Made by a program: the position numbers and the translations under genes. From Pseudomonadota bacterium (GTDB lineage Bacteria > Bdellovibrionota_G > JALEGL01 > DATDPG01), in NCBI GenBank assembly GCA_043804515.1, contig JAZDIZ010000061.1, forward strand, positions 1 through 19,038: 19,038 bases of DNA, given 5' to 3'. A model generated the notes under the pieces. That model ran no database searches and was not told the DNA's origin. It saw nothing but the letters and a program-made list of their open reading frames with translations. Below, in pieces: positions 1-8,190 of the stretch (position 1 is its first letter; every line of letters begins with the position of its first letter).

Positions 1-50
1 GGCAGCAATCCAAGGGTGGCTCGCCGCCCGACTGAACGACCCCACTTCCC

Positions 51-842
51 ATGGCCGACGACCTAACCAAGTCCATCCTTCGCGCCGAAAAAGGCGCCGT
101 GCTTTTCCGGGAGGGGGAAGCCGGGGACTGCATGTACTTCATCCTCTCCGGGAAGATCCGGATCGAAAAGGCCATGCCTGGGGGGAGCGAACCCCTCGCC
201 TATCTGGAAGAAGGGGACTTTTTCGGCGAGATGGCGCTTTTGGACCAGACCTCCAGAACGGCCACGGCCGTGGTGGAGGAACCCGCGGAGTTGTGGAGGA
301 TCGACGGCACGAATTTCGAAAAACTTCTTCGGACCAACGTCGAAATCGCCGTCCGCATGATCCGCAAATACTCCTCGCGGCTTAGGGAAACCAATGCCAA
401 GTTGGAATCGATCCTGAAGGACCGAAACGACATCGCCCGCGGGATCGAGGAAATCATCCAATCGGCCAAGACACCTCCGGCCCGTGGCCCACAAGGCGAG
501 AAGGGCCCTCCCCCCCTGGCCGAGCTGTTTCATCGGGATTCCGGCGAGGTTTTTCAGGTCACGAAAGAAAGGAGCACCGTAGGCCGCCTCGATCCCGCCA
601 CGAACATAGTCCCCGACATCGATTTGGCGGGCGTGGACGTCGAAAGACGCGTCTCCCGCCGCCACGCAAGGCTGGAGTGGATCGACGGCCAGTTTTTCCT
701 CACGGAAGAACCGGGAGTCGCGAACGGCACGTATTCGGGCCCAACGAAGCTGAAACCAGGCGTTCCCACCAGGCTTGAAGACGACGGTCGGGTCCGGTTC
801 GGAAACGTTGAATTCAGGTTCGTTTTAAAGACAACGCCGTAG
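51..842 (+). CDS. Cyclic-nucleotide-binding (Crp-like cNMP) domain fused to a C-terminal FHA domain
   Basis: N-terminal LFREGEAGDCMYFILSG...GDFFGEMALLDQTSRTATA (cNMP phosphate-binding cassette), then a helical linker, then FHA signature residues VGR...VSRRHA...NGT...GRVRFG. No HTH seen. Confidence 0.9.
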   Translation: MADDLTKSILRAEKGAVLFREGEAGDCMYFILSGKIRIEKAMPGGSEPLAYLEEGDFFGEMALLDQTSRTATAVVEEPAELWRIDGTNFEKLLRTNVEIAVRMIRKYSSRLRETNAKLESILKDRNDIARGIEEIIQSAKTPPARGPQGEKGPPPLAELFHRDSGEVFQVTKERSTVGRLDPATNIVPDIDLAGVDVERRVSRRHARLEWIDGQFFLTEEPGVANGTYSGPTKLKPGVPTRLEDDGRVRFGNVEFRFVLKTTP

Positions 843-3312
843 CCAACGGCTCCAGCTCCGCTTTGACCTCGGCAGCCGAGGACGGGCGGTCCGACGGCCG
901 TTTTTCCAATAGTTTGAGAACCAAGGCTTCCAGAACCGTGGGGACCCCGCTTCTCTTCCGGGAGATCGGCTCGGGCTCGGCATTCACATGGTGGTACAGC
1001 ACCTCCCCCTCCGTAAAGGGCGGCTTTCCCGTCAGCATCTCGTACGCCACGACACCCAACGAATACAGGTCCACGCGGTGATCGTATTTGTCTCCCACGA
1101 TCAATTCCGGCGCCATATACAACGGCGAGCCGATTTTCCTCGTGGCCGTGATTTGGGCGTTGGTTAAGAATCGCGCCAAACCGAAGTCGGCGACCTTCAC
1201 GTTATGTTCCTTGGAGATCAGGACGTTGGCCGACTTGATGTCCCGATGCACGATCTTCCGCTCGTGGGCGAAGGCCAGAGCATCCGCAAGCTGGACGAGA
1301 AAAGCGACCGTCTTCGGAACGGGCAGAGGCCCTTGCGATCTGATGAGTTCCAAGAGATTCGGCCCCTCCACGAATTCCATCACCAAGTAGAGGCGGTCCG
1401 ATTGCTTCCCGGCGTCGTAGAACGCCACGATGTGGCGATGCGACAATTTGGCCGCCACGCGCGCTTCATGGAGGAATCGCTCCTCCTCGGCTTTTGAATC
1501 GAGCGCCCGGGGAATCAGGACCTTCAGAGCGACTTTCCGCCCGAGCCTGCGGTCCAAGGCCGCATAGACGATTCCCATCCCCCCTCCCCCGATTTCGGAT
1601 TCGACTTCGTATCGCCCCGCGAACACCTCTCCGATCCTTGGACCGGCGATCGGACCTTGGATCCCCCGCACGTTTTTCGCGGATTCGGGAATTTCGCCGC
1701 CCACCCCGGGTTCCTTTACAGCGCGCAGCCGTTCCTCCACGCCCTTTTTCCTTTCGAGCGCATCTTCGAAGTGAAAGTCCACCACCAGGATTTTCTCGTA
1801 CAATGAGGCCGCTTCGTGAAGTTTTCCGATCCCCTCGAGGAACACGGCGTAGTCGAAGAACGCCTTGAGGTTTTCCCTCGCAATCTCGGCTCCCTTGAGA
1901 ACCAGGTCGAATTTCTCCTGAGCCAGGCCTGCAAGTCCCTTTCTCCAGAACAGGCGGGCCAGAGCGTGATTCGCATTCCATTCATCCCCCGAATCGGGCG
2001 GGACGCGTTGAAAATGAACGATCGCGGAATCGATGCTTTCCCTTGATTCCGCAAGGCGCCCCGCGTGATAGAACGCCCCGCCCTCGACGTATTCCCGCTC
2101 CGCGCGATCCAGGTTCCCCAAACGCTCGTGGCACTTTCCCGCTTCGAGGCGCCGGCCCGCCTCCGAATACAGGGCCGCGGCCTTTTCGAGATTCCCTCCA
2201 CGTTCGTAGGCGCAGGCCGCCCTCTCCGTTTCGCCCGCCTTCTCCCAGAGCGGAGCCGAGAGGGAAGCATTCTCCCCCTCCTCAAGAACCTGCGCCGCCT
2301 CGCTCCATTCTTCAGCCTCCTCGAAGAGCCTCGCCGCCCGGGCGCGCTCCCCTTTCGCGAGTTGGAGACGGGCTTCCATCGCGTTGCCCTCTTTGGCTTT
2401 TCCCGCCATGCGAAGCACGTTCGGAATCTCCTCAATCCGGTCCATCTCGTTGTAGATTTCGATCACGCGCTCGAATTTCCCGGCCGCCAGGAGAACCCGC
2501 GCCGATTCCGACGTATTCCCGGCCGTTCGGTACAGGTCCGCGGCACGCTCCACGTCCCCCATCTCCTCGAGGCATCCGGCCGCCTCCAAGGTCCGGCCGG
2601 CTCGCAGAAAGACTTCGTACGCCTCCCCTAAATCCCCCCCCTTTCGGAATGCTTCCGCCGCCCGCTGGGTCAAGAGACCCGCTTGCTCTTGTTCCGCAAG
2701 CGTGGGGTTCGAGGCGCTCTGCCCGCGGAGGGCCGTGAGTTCCTCGGTCAGGGCCCTGCCCAATTCAACCCAGCGCCCCAACCGGCCCAGAAGCTCCTGT
2801 ACCTTCCGGCCGTGTCCCGAAGCACCGTAACACTCCAAGGCGCGATCGAGCTGTCCGGCCCTTTCCCATTGCTCGGCGGCCTCTTTCTGCCTCCCGCCCC
2901 GCGCAAACGTATGCGCGGCCTCGGCATGTTTGCCTTGCTCCGCCAAGAGGTGAGCCGCATAGGAGAAGTCCCGCCCCTTGAGTGCGAGTTCCACGGCTTC
3001 CTCGAACCTGCTCATTCTCCGTGCGATTTGCGCGGCCCGGACAAACGCCCCTGCAGCCACGAATTCCTCTTTCGCCAGGTCCACGCGGCCTCGCCGGAAA
3101 AGGATCTCGGCGTACTGCGCTCGCTCCGCCGGTGTCTTCCTCCCCCTCCCGACAAGCCAGAGCCAAAGGGTCACCCCCAGCCCCGCGAAGACCGAGGCCG
3201 CCGGAATCAGCAGCAACGCGACCCAGGGCCGCAACGGAACGCCGGCAGCCAGGTGGGCTTGATCCGCAAGCCAATTCCCGGCGGCGGCCAGTTGGGTAAG
3301 AAAAGAGGCCAT
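814..3312 (-). CDS. Hanks-type Ser/Thr protein kinase with N-terminal transmembrane segment and long TPR/SNAP-like alpha-helical repeat region
   Basis: Kinase motifs IGGGGMGIVY, VALKVL, HRDIKSAN, KVADFGLA, GSPLYMAPE, DLYSLG. Hydrophobic stretch WVALLLIPAASVFAGLGVTLWLWLV. Repeated AA..Y/F/W..AG helical units. The 3' end overlaps the FHA gene by 29 bp. Confidence 0.92.
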   Translation of the reverse strand: MASFLTQLAAAGNWLADQAHLAAGVPLRPWVALLLIPAASVFAGLGVTLWLWLVGRGRKTPAERAQYAEILFRRGRVDLAKEEFVAAGAFVRAAQIARRMSRFEEAVELALKGRDFSYAAHLLAEQGKHAEAAHTFARGGRQKEAAEQWERAGQLDRALECYGASGHGRKVQELLGRLGRWVELGRALTEELTALRGQSASNPTLAEQEQAGLLTQRAAEAFRKGGDLGEAYEVFLRAGRTLEAAGCLEEMGDVERAADLYRTAGNTSESARVLLAAGKFERVIEIYNEMDRIEEIPNVLRMAGKAKEGNAMEARLQLAKGERARAARLFEEAEEWSEAAQVLEEGENASLSAPLWEKAGETERAACAYERGGNLEKAAALYSEAGRRLEAGKCHERLGNLDRAEREYVEGGAFYHAGRLAESRESIDSAIVHFQRVPPDSGDEWNANHALARLFWRKGLAGLAQEKFDLVLKGAEIARENLKAFFDYAVFLEGIGKLHEAASLYEKILVVDFHFEDALERKKGVEERLRAVKEPGVGGEIPESAKNVRGIQGPIAGPRIGEVFAGRYEVESEIGGGGMGIVYAALDRRLGRKVALKVLIPRALDSKAEEERFLHEARVAAKLSHRHIVAFYDAGKQSDRLYLVMEFVEGPNLLELIRSQGPLPVPKTVAFLVQLADALAFAHERKIVHRDIKSANVLISKEHNVKVADFGLARFLTNAQITATRKIGSPLYMAPELIVGDKYDHRVDLYSLGVVAYEMLTGKPPFTEGEVLYHHVNAEPEPISRKRSGVPTVLEALVLKLLEKRPSDRPSSAAEVKAELEPLATALSLKRT

Positions 3313-3320
3313 CGCCTTAA

Positions 3321-3349
3321 TTTACAAGCCATTCAGCGACACATAAAAT
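3321..3349 (+). promoter_or_regulatory. Putative sigma70-type promoter for the diguanylate cyclase
   Basis: TTTACA (3321-3326), 17-bp spacer, TAAAAT (3344-3349) in the AT-rich 53-bp divergent gap. Confidence 0.55.
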
Positions 3350-3365
3350 AAAACAAGTCGGCACG

Positions 3366-4466
3366 ATGGAGATCCATTCACTACCGCCTGAGCACCTTCT
3401 ACGCTTCATCGAGCGGATGCGGAAATTCGATTTCGAACAATACGAGAAGTACCTGCACAGCGTTTTTCAAAACACGCTTTCGGAGTTGGGCGAGTTCGTG
3501 CCGTGCGACGCGGCGATTGTCCTCTTGGACGACCCCATGATGAAACGATCCACCGCCACGGAGAACGAGCTGGTGTATGTCGCGGGGTTCGGCGGGGATT
3601 CCCAATTTGTTCTCGGGAAGCGGATCCCCGCCACATCCGGCTTGGTGGCGGAGATATACGTACTGGGCAAATCGATCCTTCGAAAGGCGGACCCCCGCGA
3701 AAAGATCATTCTGGACCGGGCCACGTATCCACACCCGATGGCCACGGTCGTCGGCGTCCCCCTGAAAATAGAGAATGCGGTCGTGGGAGTCCTGTTCCTA
3801 TGCAACAAAAAGGACCCCGTCGGGTTTACGTTGCGGGATCTCAAGCTGGTCGAGATCTTCTCCGGATACATCTCCACATCGATTCAAAATGCGATCGACT
3901 CCCGGAAGAGCCAGGAGCTCTCCAAAAAGGACGACCTTACCGGCCTATACAACGACCGGCATTTTCACCGGCAGTTGGAAATCGAAGTCCGGGCCGCGGA
4001 TGAGAATAAACACCCCCTTTGCCTGCTATTCATGGACCTCGACAGCTTCAAGCAGATCAACGACCGCTACGGACATCTCGTCGGGAGCCAGACGCTCAAG
4101 GAGGTGGGGTTCATCCTTCGGGAGGCCGTAAACAATCCGAAGGCCACGTTGGCACGGTACGGGGGCGACGAATACGTCATTATCCTTCCGGGCGCTTCGC
4201 TGGAGGGCGCTTTGGAAACGGCGGAAACGATCCGCAAAATGATCGTGGCCAAGCTCTTCATGATCGACCAGGGGGAGCAGGACGGTTCGTTCATCAATTT
4301 CAAGGGCTTGATTTCGTGCAGCGTCGGGATCTCCTCCCTTTCGGACCACGTGTTTTCCAAAGGGAGTGCTCGGGAGCGGAAGGTGGAATTGATCCGCCTT
4401 GCCGACCAGGCGATGTACCGCGCCAAAGAGACCGGTAAGAACCGGTCCGTTGTTGCAAGCATCTAA
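3366..4466 (+). CDS. GAF-domain sensor diguanylate cyclase (GGDEF domain)
   Basis: GAF-like region (GVPLKIENAVVGVLFLCNKKDPVGFT...DLKLVEIF) followed by DDLTGLYN, MDLDSFKQINDRYGHLVG, ARYGGDEY, CSVGIS, ADQAMYRAKETGKN. Confidence 0.92.
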   Translation: MEIHSLPPEHLLRFIERMRKFDFEQYEKYLHSVFQNTLSELGEFVPCDAAIVLLDDPMMKRSTATENELVYVAGFGGDSQFVLGKRIPATSGLVAEIYVLGKSILRKADPREKIILDRATYPHPMATVVGVPLKIENAVVGVLFLCNKKDPVGFTLRDLKLVEIFSGYISTSIQNAIDSRKSQELSKKDDLTGLYNDRHFHRQLEIEVRAADENKHPLCLLFMDLDSFKQINDRYGHLVGSQTLKEVGFILREAVNNPKATLARYGGDEYVIILPGASLEGALETAETIRKMIVAKLFMIDQGEQDGSFINFKGLISCSVGISSLSDHVFSKGSARERKVELIRLADQAMYRAKETGKNRSVVASI

Positions 4467-4488
4467 TCTTGGTTATTTCTGAGCTGTG

Positions 4489-4690
4489 ATGAGTCAGGCG
4501 GCGTGATCCGTTGCCTACGCTCCGGTTGCAAAGGACGCCGGTGTTCCGTCGGCTCCGCCGGCAATCTTAAGGCTACGCCGCCGGAGCCCCCGGCGTCCCA
4601 AATGCAGGACTTAGATTAGCACCGCCACGCCAGAGGTGGATCGAAGGCGCGCGAAGTCTCCGACAAAGCCCCGAGGCCCCGGGCGCTTTG
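4489..4690 (+). ncRNA. Putative structured non-coding element (copy A), family unidentified
   Basis: Rod-like hairpin: GGCGTG 4500-4505/CACGCC 4626-4631; TCC 4521-4523/GGA 4607-4609; TGCA 4527-4530/4603-4606; GGACGCCGG 4533-4541/CCGGCGTCC 4590-4598; GGCTCCG 4551-4557/CGGAGCC 4582-4588. A further hairpin CAAAGC...GCTTTG spans 4664-4690. It shares motifs with 16937-17261. Strand and ends are uncertain. Confidence 0.4.
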
Positions 4691-4703
4691 CACGGCTCAA
4701 GAT

Positions 4704-4725
4704 GCTTCCTCCGCCTGGGGGAAGC
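4704..4725. terminator. Possible terminator hairpin between convergent genes
   Basis: GCTTCCTCC-GCCT-GGGGGAAGC stem-loop; no clear U-tract on either strand. Confidence 0.25.
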
Positions 4726-4770
4726 GTGCAGTGACCACTTCGGCGTCCCTCGTGAATAGTGTGAAGAAGC

Positions 4771-5967
4771 TTAGTTCGAGTGGAAACGGACCATCAGGGC
4801 GCGGGCGGTTGTCTCCTCCAGCCCGAGGGTCAGCAATACTTGTTGCCCCTCGCGGATCACGATCGCATGGCGCGGAAAGCGCACCCGGATCAGGGAGCGC
4901 TCGAACCTCTCGGCGTCGGGCCCCTTGTCCCACACGGTGGCCCAGACCAGCGCTTTCTTCCCGTCCCTTCGCTCCACCAGCCAGTAACGATCCCCTCCCC
5001 ATCCTTCCGATGAGAGAAGCGCCTCAGTCCGAAGTAGGTGCGTTTCGAGTATGAGTCGACTGCCGAACTCCCCCATCACGTTGTCCGTCAAGACCTTCCG
5101 GATTTCGCCTCCTTCCCCCACGATCGTCGAGGGCACTTCCACCGGCTGATCCGTGCTTTCGAGATACCGCTTCGGGTGGAGGATTTGCTCCGTGGAGGCG
5201 GGCAGCCTTCGATAGGCCTCGTCCACGCGTTCCCATCCGCCGCTCTTTCGGAGCGCCGCGATGAAATTCAGGCCCTCCACGTAGGGAAAGAGAAGCTCTT
5301 CCTGCATGAACCGCGGAATTCCGGCGAGTTGCCTATCCGTCCGCTTTGGCGCCCGCATTTGCGCCTCAGCCGCCTCCAACAAGTCCTCCCGTGATTTTTC
5401 GGACAGCGCCTTGCCTGCAAATTCGAACTCCAGCATGACACAGAGCGCCTCCCCCTCAACCAGGGCATTCAGGGCCAGCTTCCGGTCATCATCCTGATCT
5501 TTCCGATCCATGAGTTTTCCGATTCCGAAGTGTTGTTGTTGAAGTCCGTGCGTCAGCTCGTGCACGATCACGTCGTCCAGGCTTCCCGCGGAAAGGTGAT
5601 CCGAGAGAAATAGCGTGTCGGTAGGCGGATCGTAGTATGCGGCGATCTGTTCGGAAAAAAGGGTGAGAATTTTCTCACGATAAGAGAATTTCTCCGGCAG
5701 GAGCCCCAAGAGCACGAGGACATCCCGTTCATGTTCGATGTCCGATGGGCCGTAATCCTCGCGTATCTTGCCGTTCACATAGTCACGGATCCGGCGTGTG
5801 GATTTATGCCCTACCCGAACCGGTGTTTCGAACTTGAGTTGGCGGATCCGCTCCACCATCGGAGACAGACGGACCACGCTGGGATCCGCCGATGGACTCG
5901 ACGGATGCGGTCGGCAGGCACTAAGGAGGAGAAAGAGAGCCAGAAACCTCAGGAACCCCGCGCGCAC
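4771..5967 (-). CDS. Lipoprotein with zincin-like metallopeptidase motif
   Basis: GTG start, signal peptide with lipobox LLLSAC, AAYYDP, VIVHELTHGLQQQHF (HExxH), downstream ALVEGEA (candidate third zinc ligand), FPYVEG, STEQILHP, GWGGD. Confidence 0.8.
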   Translation of the reverse strand: MRAGFLRFLALFLLLSACRPHPSSPSADPSVVRLSPMVERIRQLKFETPVRVGHKSTRRIRDYVNGKIREDYGPSDIEHERDVLVLLGLLPEKFSYREKILTLFSEQIAAYYDPPTDTLFLSDHLSAGSLDDVIVHELTHGLQQQHFGIGKLMDRKDQDDDRKLALNALVEGEALCVMLEFEFAGKALSEKSREDLLEAAEAQMRAPKRTDRQLAGIPRFMQEELLFPYVEGLNFIAALRKSGGWERVDEAYRRLPASTEQILHPKRYLESTDQPVEVPSTIVGEGGEIRKVLTDNVMGEFGSRLILETHLLRTEALLSSEGWGGDRYWLVERRDGKKALVWATVWDKGPDAERFERSLIRVRFPRHAIVIREGQQVLLTLGLEETTARALMVRFHSN

Positions 5968-6008
5968 GGCGTGACGCTAACAGCGCGCGTCCGCAAGCTC
6001 AAGAACGG

Positions 6009-6929
6009 CTAGTTCTTCGGAGGTTCACACTGCGGGTCCACGATTTTCGGGCCCCCGGGTCCGGGTGTGTAGAAAACGCAAAGGCGGCTTAAGTAGTCGC
6101 GGGTTTCTTTCACCACGGCACACAGCGTGCTGACGTGTTGTTGACTGAACTCTCCCGAAGGAGTGAGGATTTCGGTCTGGGTATAAGTCGAATCGGTGCT
6201 CGTGGTGTAGGGCACGGTCGCATGGCCGACCGCGGCAGTGCCGGACACGCGGAACCAAGTTCCGGAACCGTTCGGATCTTTGCCGCCCCAATCATCGCGT
6301 GTCTCGTAAATCACCGAGTCTCGTTGGCTTTCCTGGAAGACCTGTACGGTTTTCGTCTCGATCAAATCGGGCGGAATGAAAAGCACTGATGGGGGGACGT
6401 GGTCAAGGTCCATCCCTGCCAGGTTCCAATATTCACTCCCTGCATCAAACATATTGGCAAGAGCTTGCCAGTCCTCAAGGTCGTCATTATTGAAGAGCGC
6501 GAGTTCAATGTGGGTTCCAAATTGCCGCGCATCCGCCGCTGTTGACGTCACGATCTGCATGGACCCCTTGGCTTCACGTTTGAGAGAGGCCCAATGCTTA
6601 AACAGGTTCGTGCGCTGAAACGGCGTCCAGCGTGCGATGGAGTAGGCGACCGTCTGTTTTTGGAGCGCCCCGCCGTTCGTAAGCAGGGCCTCGCCTGCCG
6701 CAACGCTGTCCACGTGGAACGATATCATGAGCTTGAATTTGGCCGCTGCTCCACCCGTATCCTTGAGGTAATGCGTTTCTGTAACCGACTCAGCCGTTTT
6801 GGAAACTTCCTGCAACCCGACTTGAATCGTTCCCGGTATTTCGACCCGCGGAAAGAAGGGCTCCTCAGCCCGAACGGAGGAGAAACCCAATAACGCAAGG
6901 GATACTGACAAGATCAGCGCGACACGCAT
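6009..6929 (-). CDS. Hypothetical secreted protein
   Basis: ATG at 6929 preceded by AAGGAG; signal peptide MRVALILSVSLALLGFSSVRA|EE. No recognised domain. Fills the gap co-directionally with the lipoprotein gene. Confidence 0.7.
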   Translation of the reverse strand: MRVALILSVSLALLGFSSVRAEEPFFPRVEIPGTIQVGLQEVSKTAESVTETHYLKDTGGAAAKFKLMISFHVDSVAAGEALLTNGGALQKQTVAYSIARWTPFQRTNLFKHWASLKREAKGSMQIVTSTAADARQFGTHIELALFNNDDLEDWQALANMFDAGSEYWNLAGMDLDHVPPSVLFIPPDLIETKTVQVFQESQRDSVIYETRDDWGGKDPNGSGTWFRVSGTAAVGHATVPYTTSTDSTYTQTEILTPSGEFSQQHVSTLCAVVKETRDYLSRLCVFYTPGPGGPKIVDPQCEPPKN

Positions 6930-7238
6930 GAAAGCTCCTTTACTCACAAATTCGACCGCTTATAACACGTCGCGTTATCTATTTCAACCTGTCGCTGGCG
7001 TTTGGATTTCGGGCGATTCGACCTCGTAACTATATGTAAGGAATAAGTTTAAAAAGGAATAGATATCTATCTGAACTTATTAACAAATTACCGCATACAC
7101 TCTTGCGCGGTGCCGATGCAAAACTGGTCGCTCGCGCGCATCCGGCGGCCCGTTCTATACGCGTAACTCGGCGTTGCATTTGATTTTTTCATCCGGTTGA
7201 TCGCACGGGGCCCCCCGGGTATATAAATTCGTCCGGCG

Positions 7239-8159
7239 ATGAGATCTGAGCCCAAACCCTCGTGGATCAAGGTCAGGCCCCCGGCCGGTCCGTCTTTCAA
7301 CCGGATCACGTCCCTTCTTCGCGAGCGGAAGCTCCACACGGTCTGCGAGGAGGCTCATTGCCCGAACGTCGCCGAGTGCTGGGGTGAAGGTACCGCCACA
7401 CTGATGCTCTTGGGTGAGATTTGCACACGGGGATGCCGATTCTGCGTCATGACCAGCGGGAATCCGGGAGGCATCGTGGATCCCGCTGAGCCCCGAAAGA
7501 CCGCCGAAACCGTGGAAATTATGGGTCTCACGTACGTCGTCTTGACGTCCGTGGACCGGGACGACCTCCCGGACGGCGGTGCGGGGCATTTCGCCCGAAC
7601 GGTGCGCACGATTCGAGAACGATGTCCCGGCGTCCTGATCGAAACCCTCATCCCCGATTTTGCCGGGGACCGGACCGCGTTGAAGGCCATTCTGGAAGCA
7701 CGCCCCGAAGTTCTGGGACACAACGTGGAGACGGTCCGCCGCCTCACGCCGCTCGTCCGGGATGTGCGGGCCGGCTACGATCAATCCGTTCAACTGCTCA
7801 AGACCGCGAAAGATATTTCACCCGGAACCCTCACGAAGAGTTCGATCATGCTGGGATTGGGTGAAACCGAGGAGGAATTGAAGGAGACGTTCGCGGATTT
7901 GAAGGCCGTGGGAGTGGATTTTCTGACGATGGGGCAATATCTGCGCCCTTCGCTCAAACACCTTCCGGTTACCGCTTTCCTCTCGCCGCGGAGATTCGGC
8001 GAACTTCGGGAATTGGCGCTCTCGTACGGGTTCCGATATGTCGTTGCGGCGCCGCTCGCCCGGAGCTCGTACAAGGCGGGCGAATATTTCACGGAGGCTT
8101 TTTTACGCAACCGGCGGGCCGATGCGCCCGCGGAAACTTCGGGGGCGCGCCCGGCATGA
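7239..8159 (+). CDS. lipA: Lipoyl synthase (radical SAM)
   Basis: KPSWIKV, CEEAHCPNVAEC (auxiliary cluster motif), CTRGCRFC (CxxxCxxC), TSVDRDDLPDGGA, HNVETV, GQYLRP, RSSY. Confidence 0.97.
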   Translation: MRSEPKPSWIKVRPPAGPSFNRITSLLRERKLHTVCEEAHCPNVAECWGEGTATLMLLGEICTRGCRFCVMTSGNPGGIVDPAEPRKTAETVEIMGLTYVVLTSVDRDDLPDGGAGHFARTVRTIRERCPGVLIETLIPDFAGDRTALKAILEARPEVLGHNVETVRRLTPLVRDVRAGYDQSVQLLKTAKDISPGTLTKSSIMLGLGETEEELKETFADLKAVGVDFLTMGQYLRPSLKHLPVTAFLSPRRFGELRELALSYGFRYVVAAPLARSSYKAGEYFTEAFLRNRRADAPAETSGARPA

Positions 8160-8190
8160 TCTAAACATCGGGCGAAGCGGAGGATCGTAG

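Noticed and set aside
4489..4614. Selenoprotein or readthrough peptide MSQAA-TGA-SVAYAP...AILRL, paralleling the 63-aa ORF 17070-17261 (MSQAG...AILRL)
   Set aside because: No SD, no Cys/Sec redox context, and the peptide similarity is explained by shared nucleotide motifs. Not formally excluded without ribosome profiling.
4467..4770. c-di-GMP riboswitch next to the cyclase
   Set aside because: The element lies 3' of two convergent genes, and I could not identify the class I or class II consensus.
7025..7092. Xer dif site or replication origin
   Set aside because: No match to the XerD arm TTATGTTAAAT with correct spacing, and no cluster of DnaA boxes.
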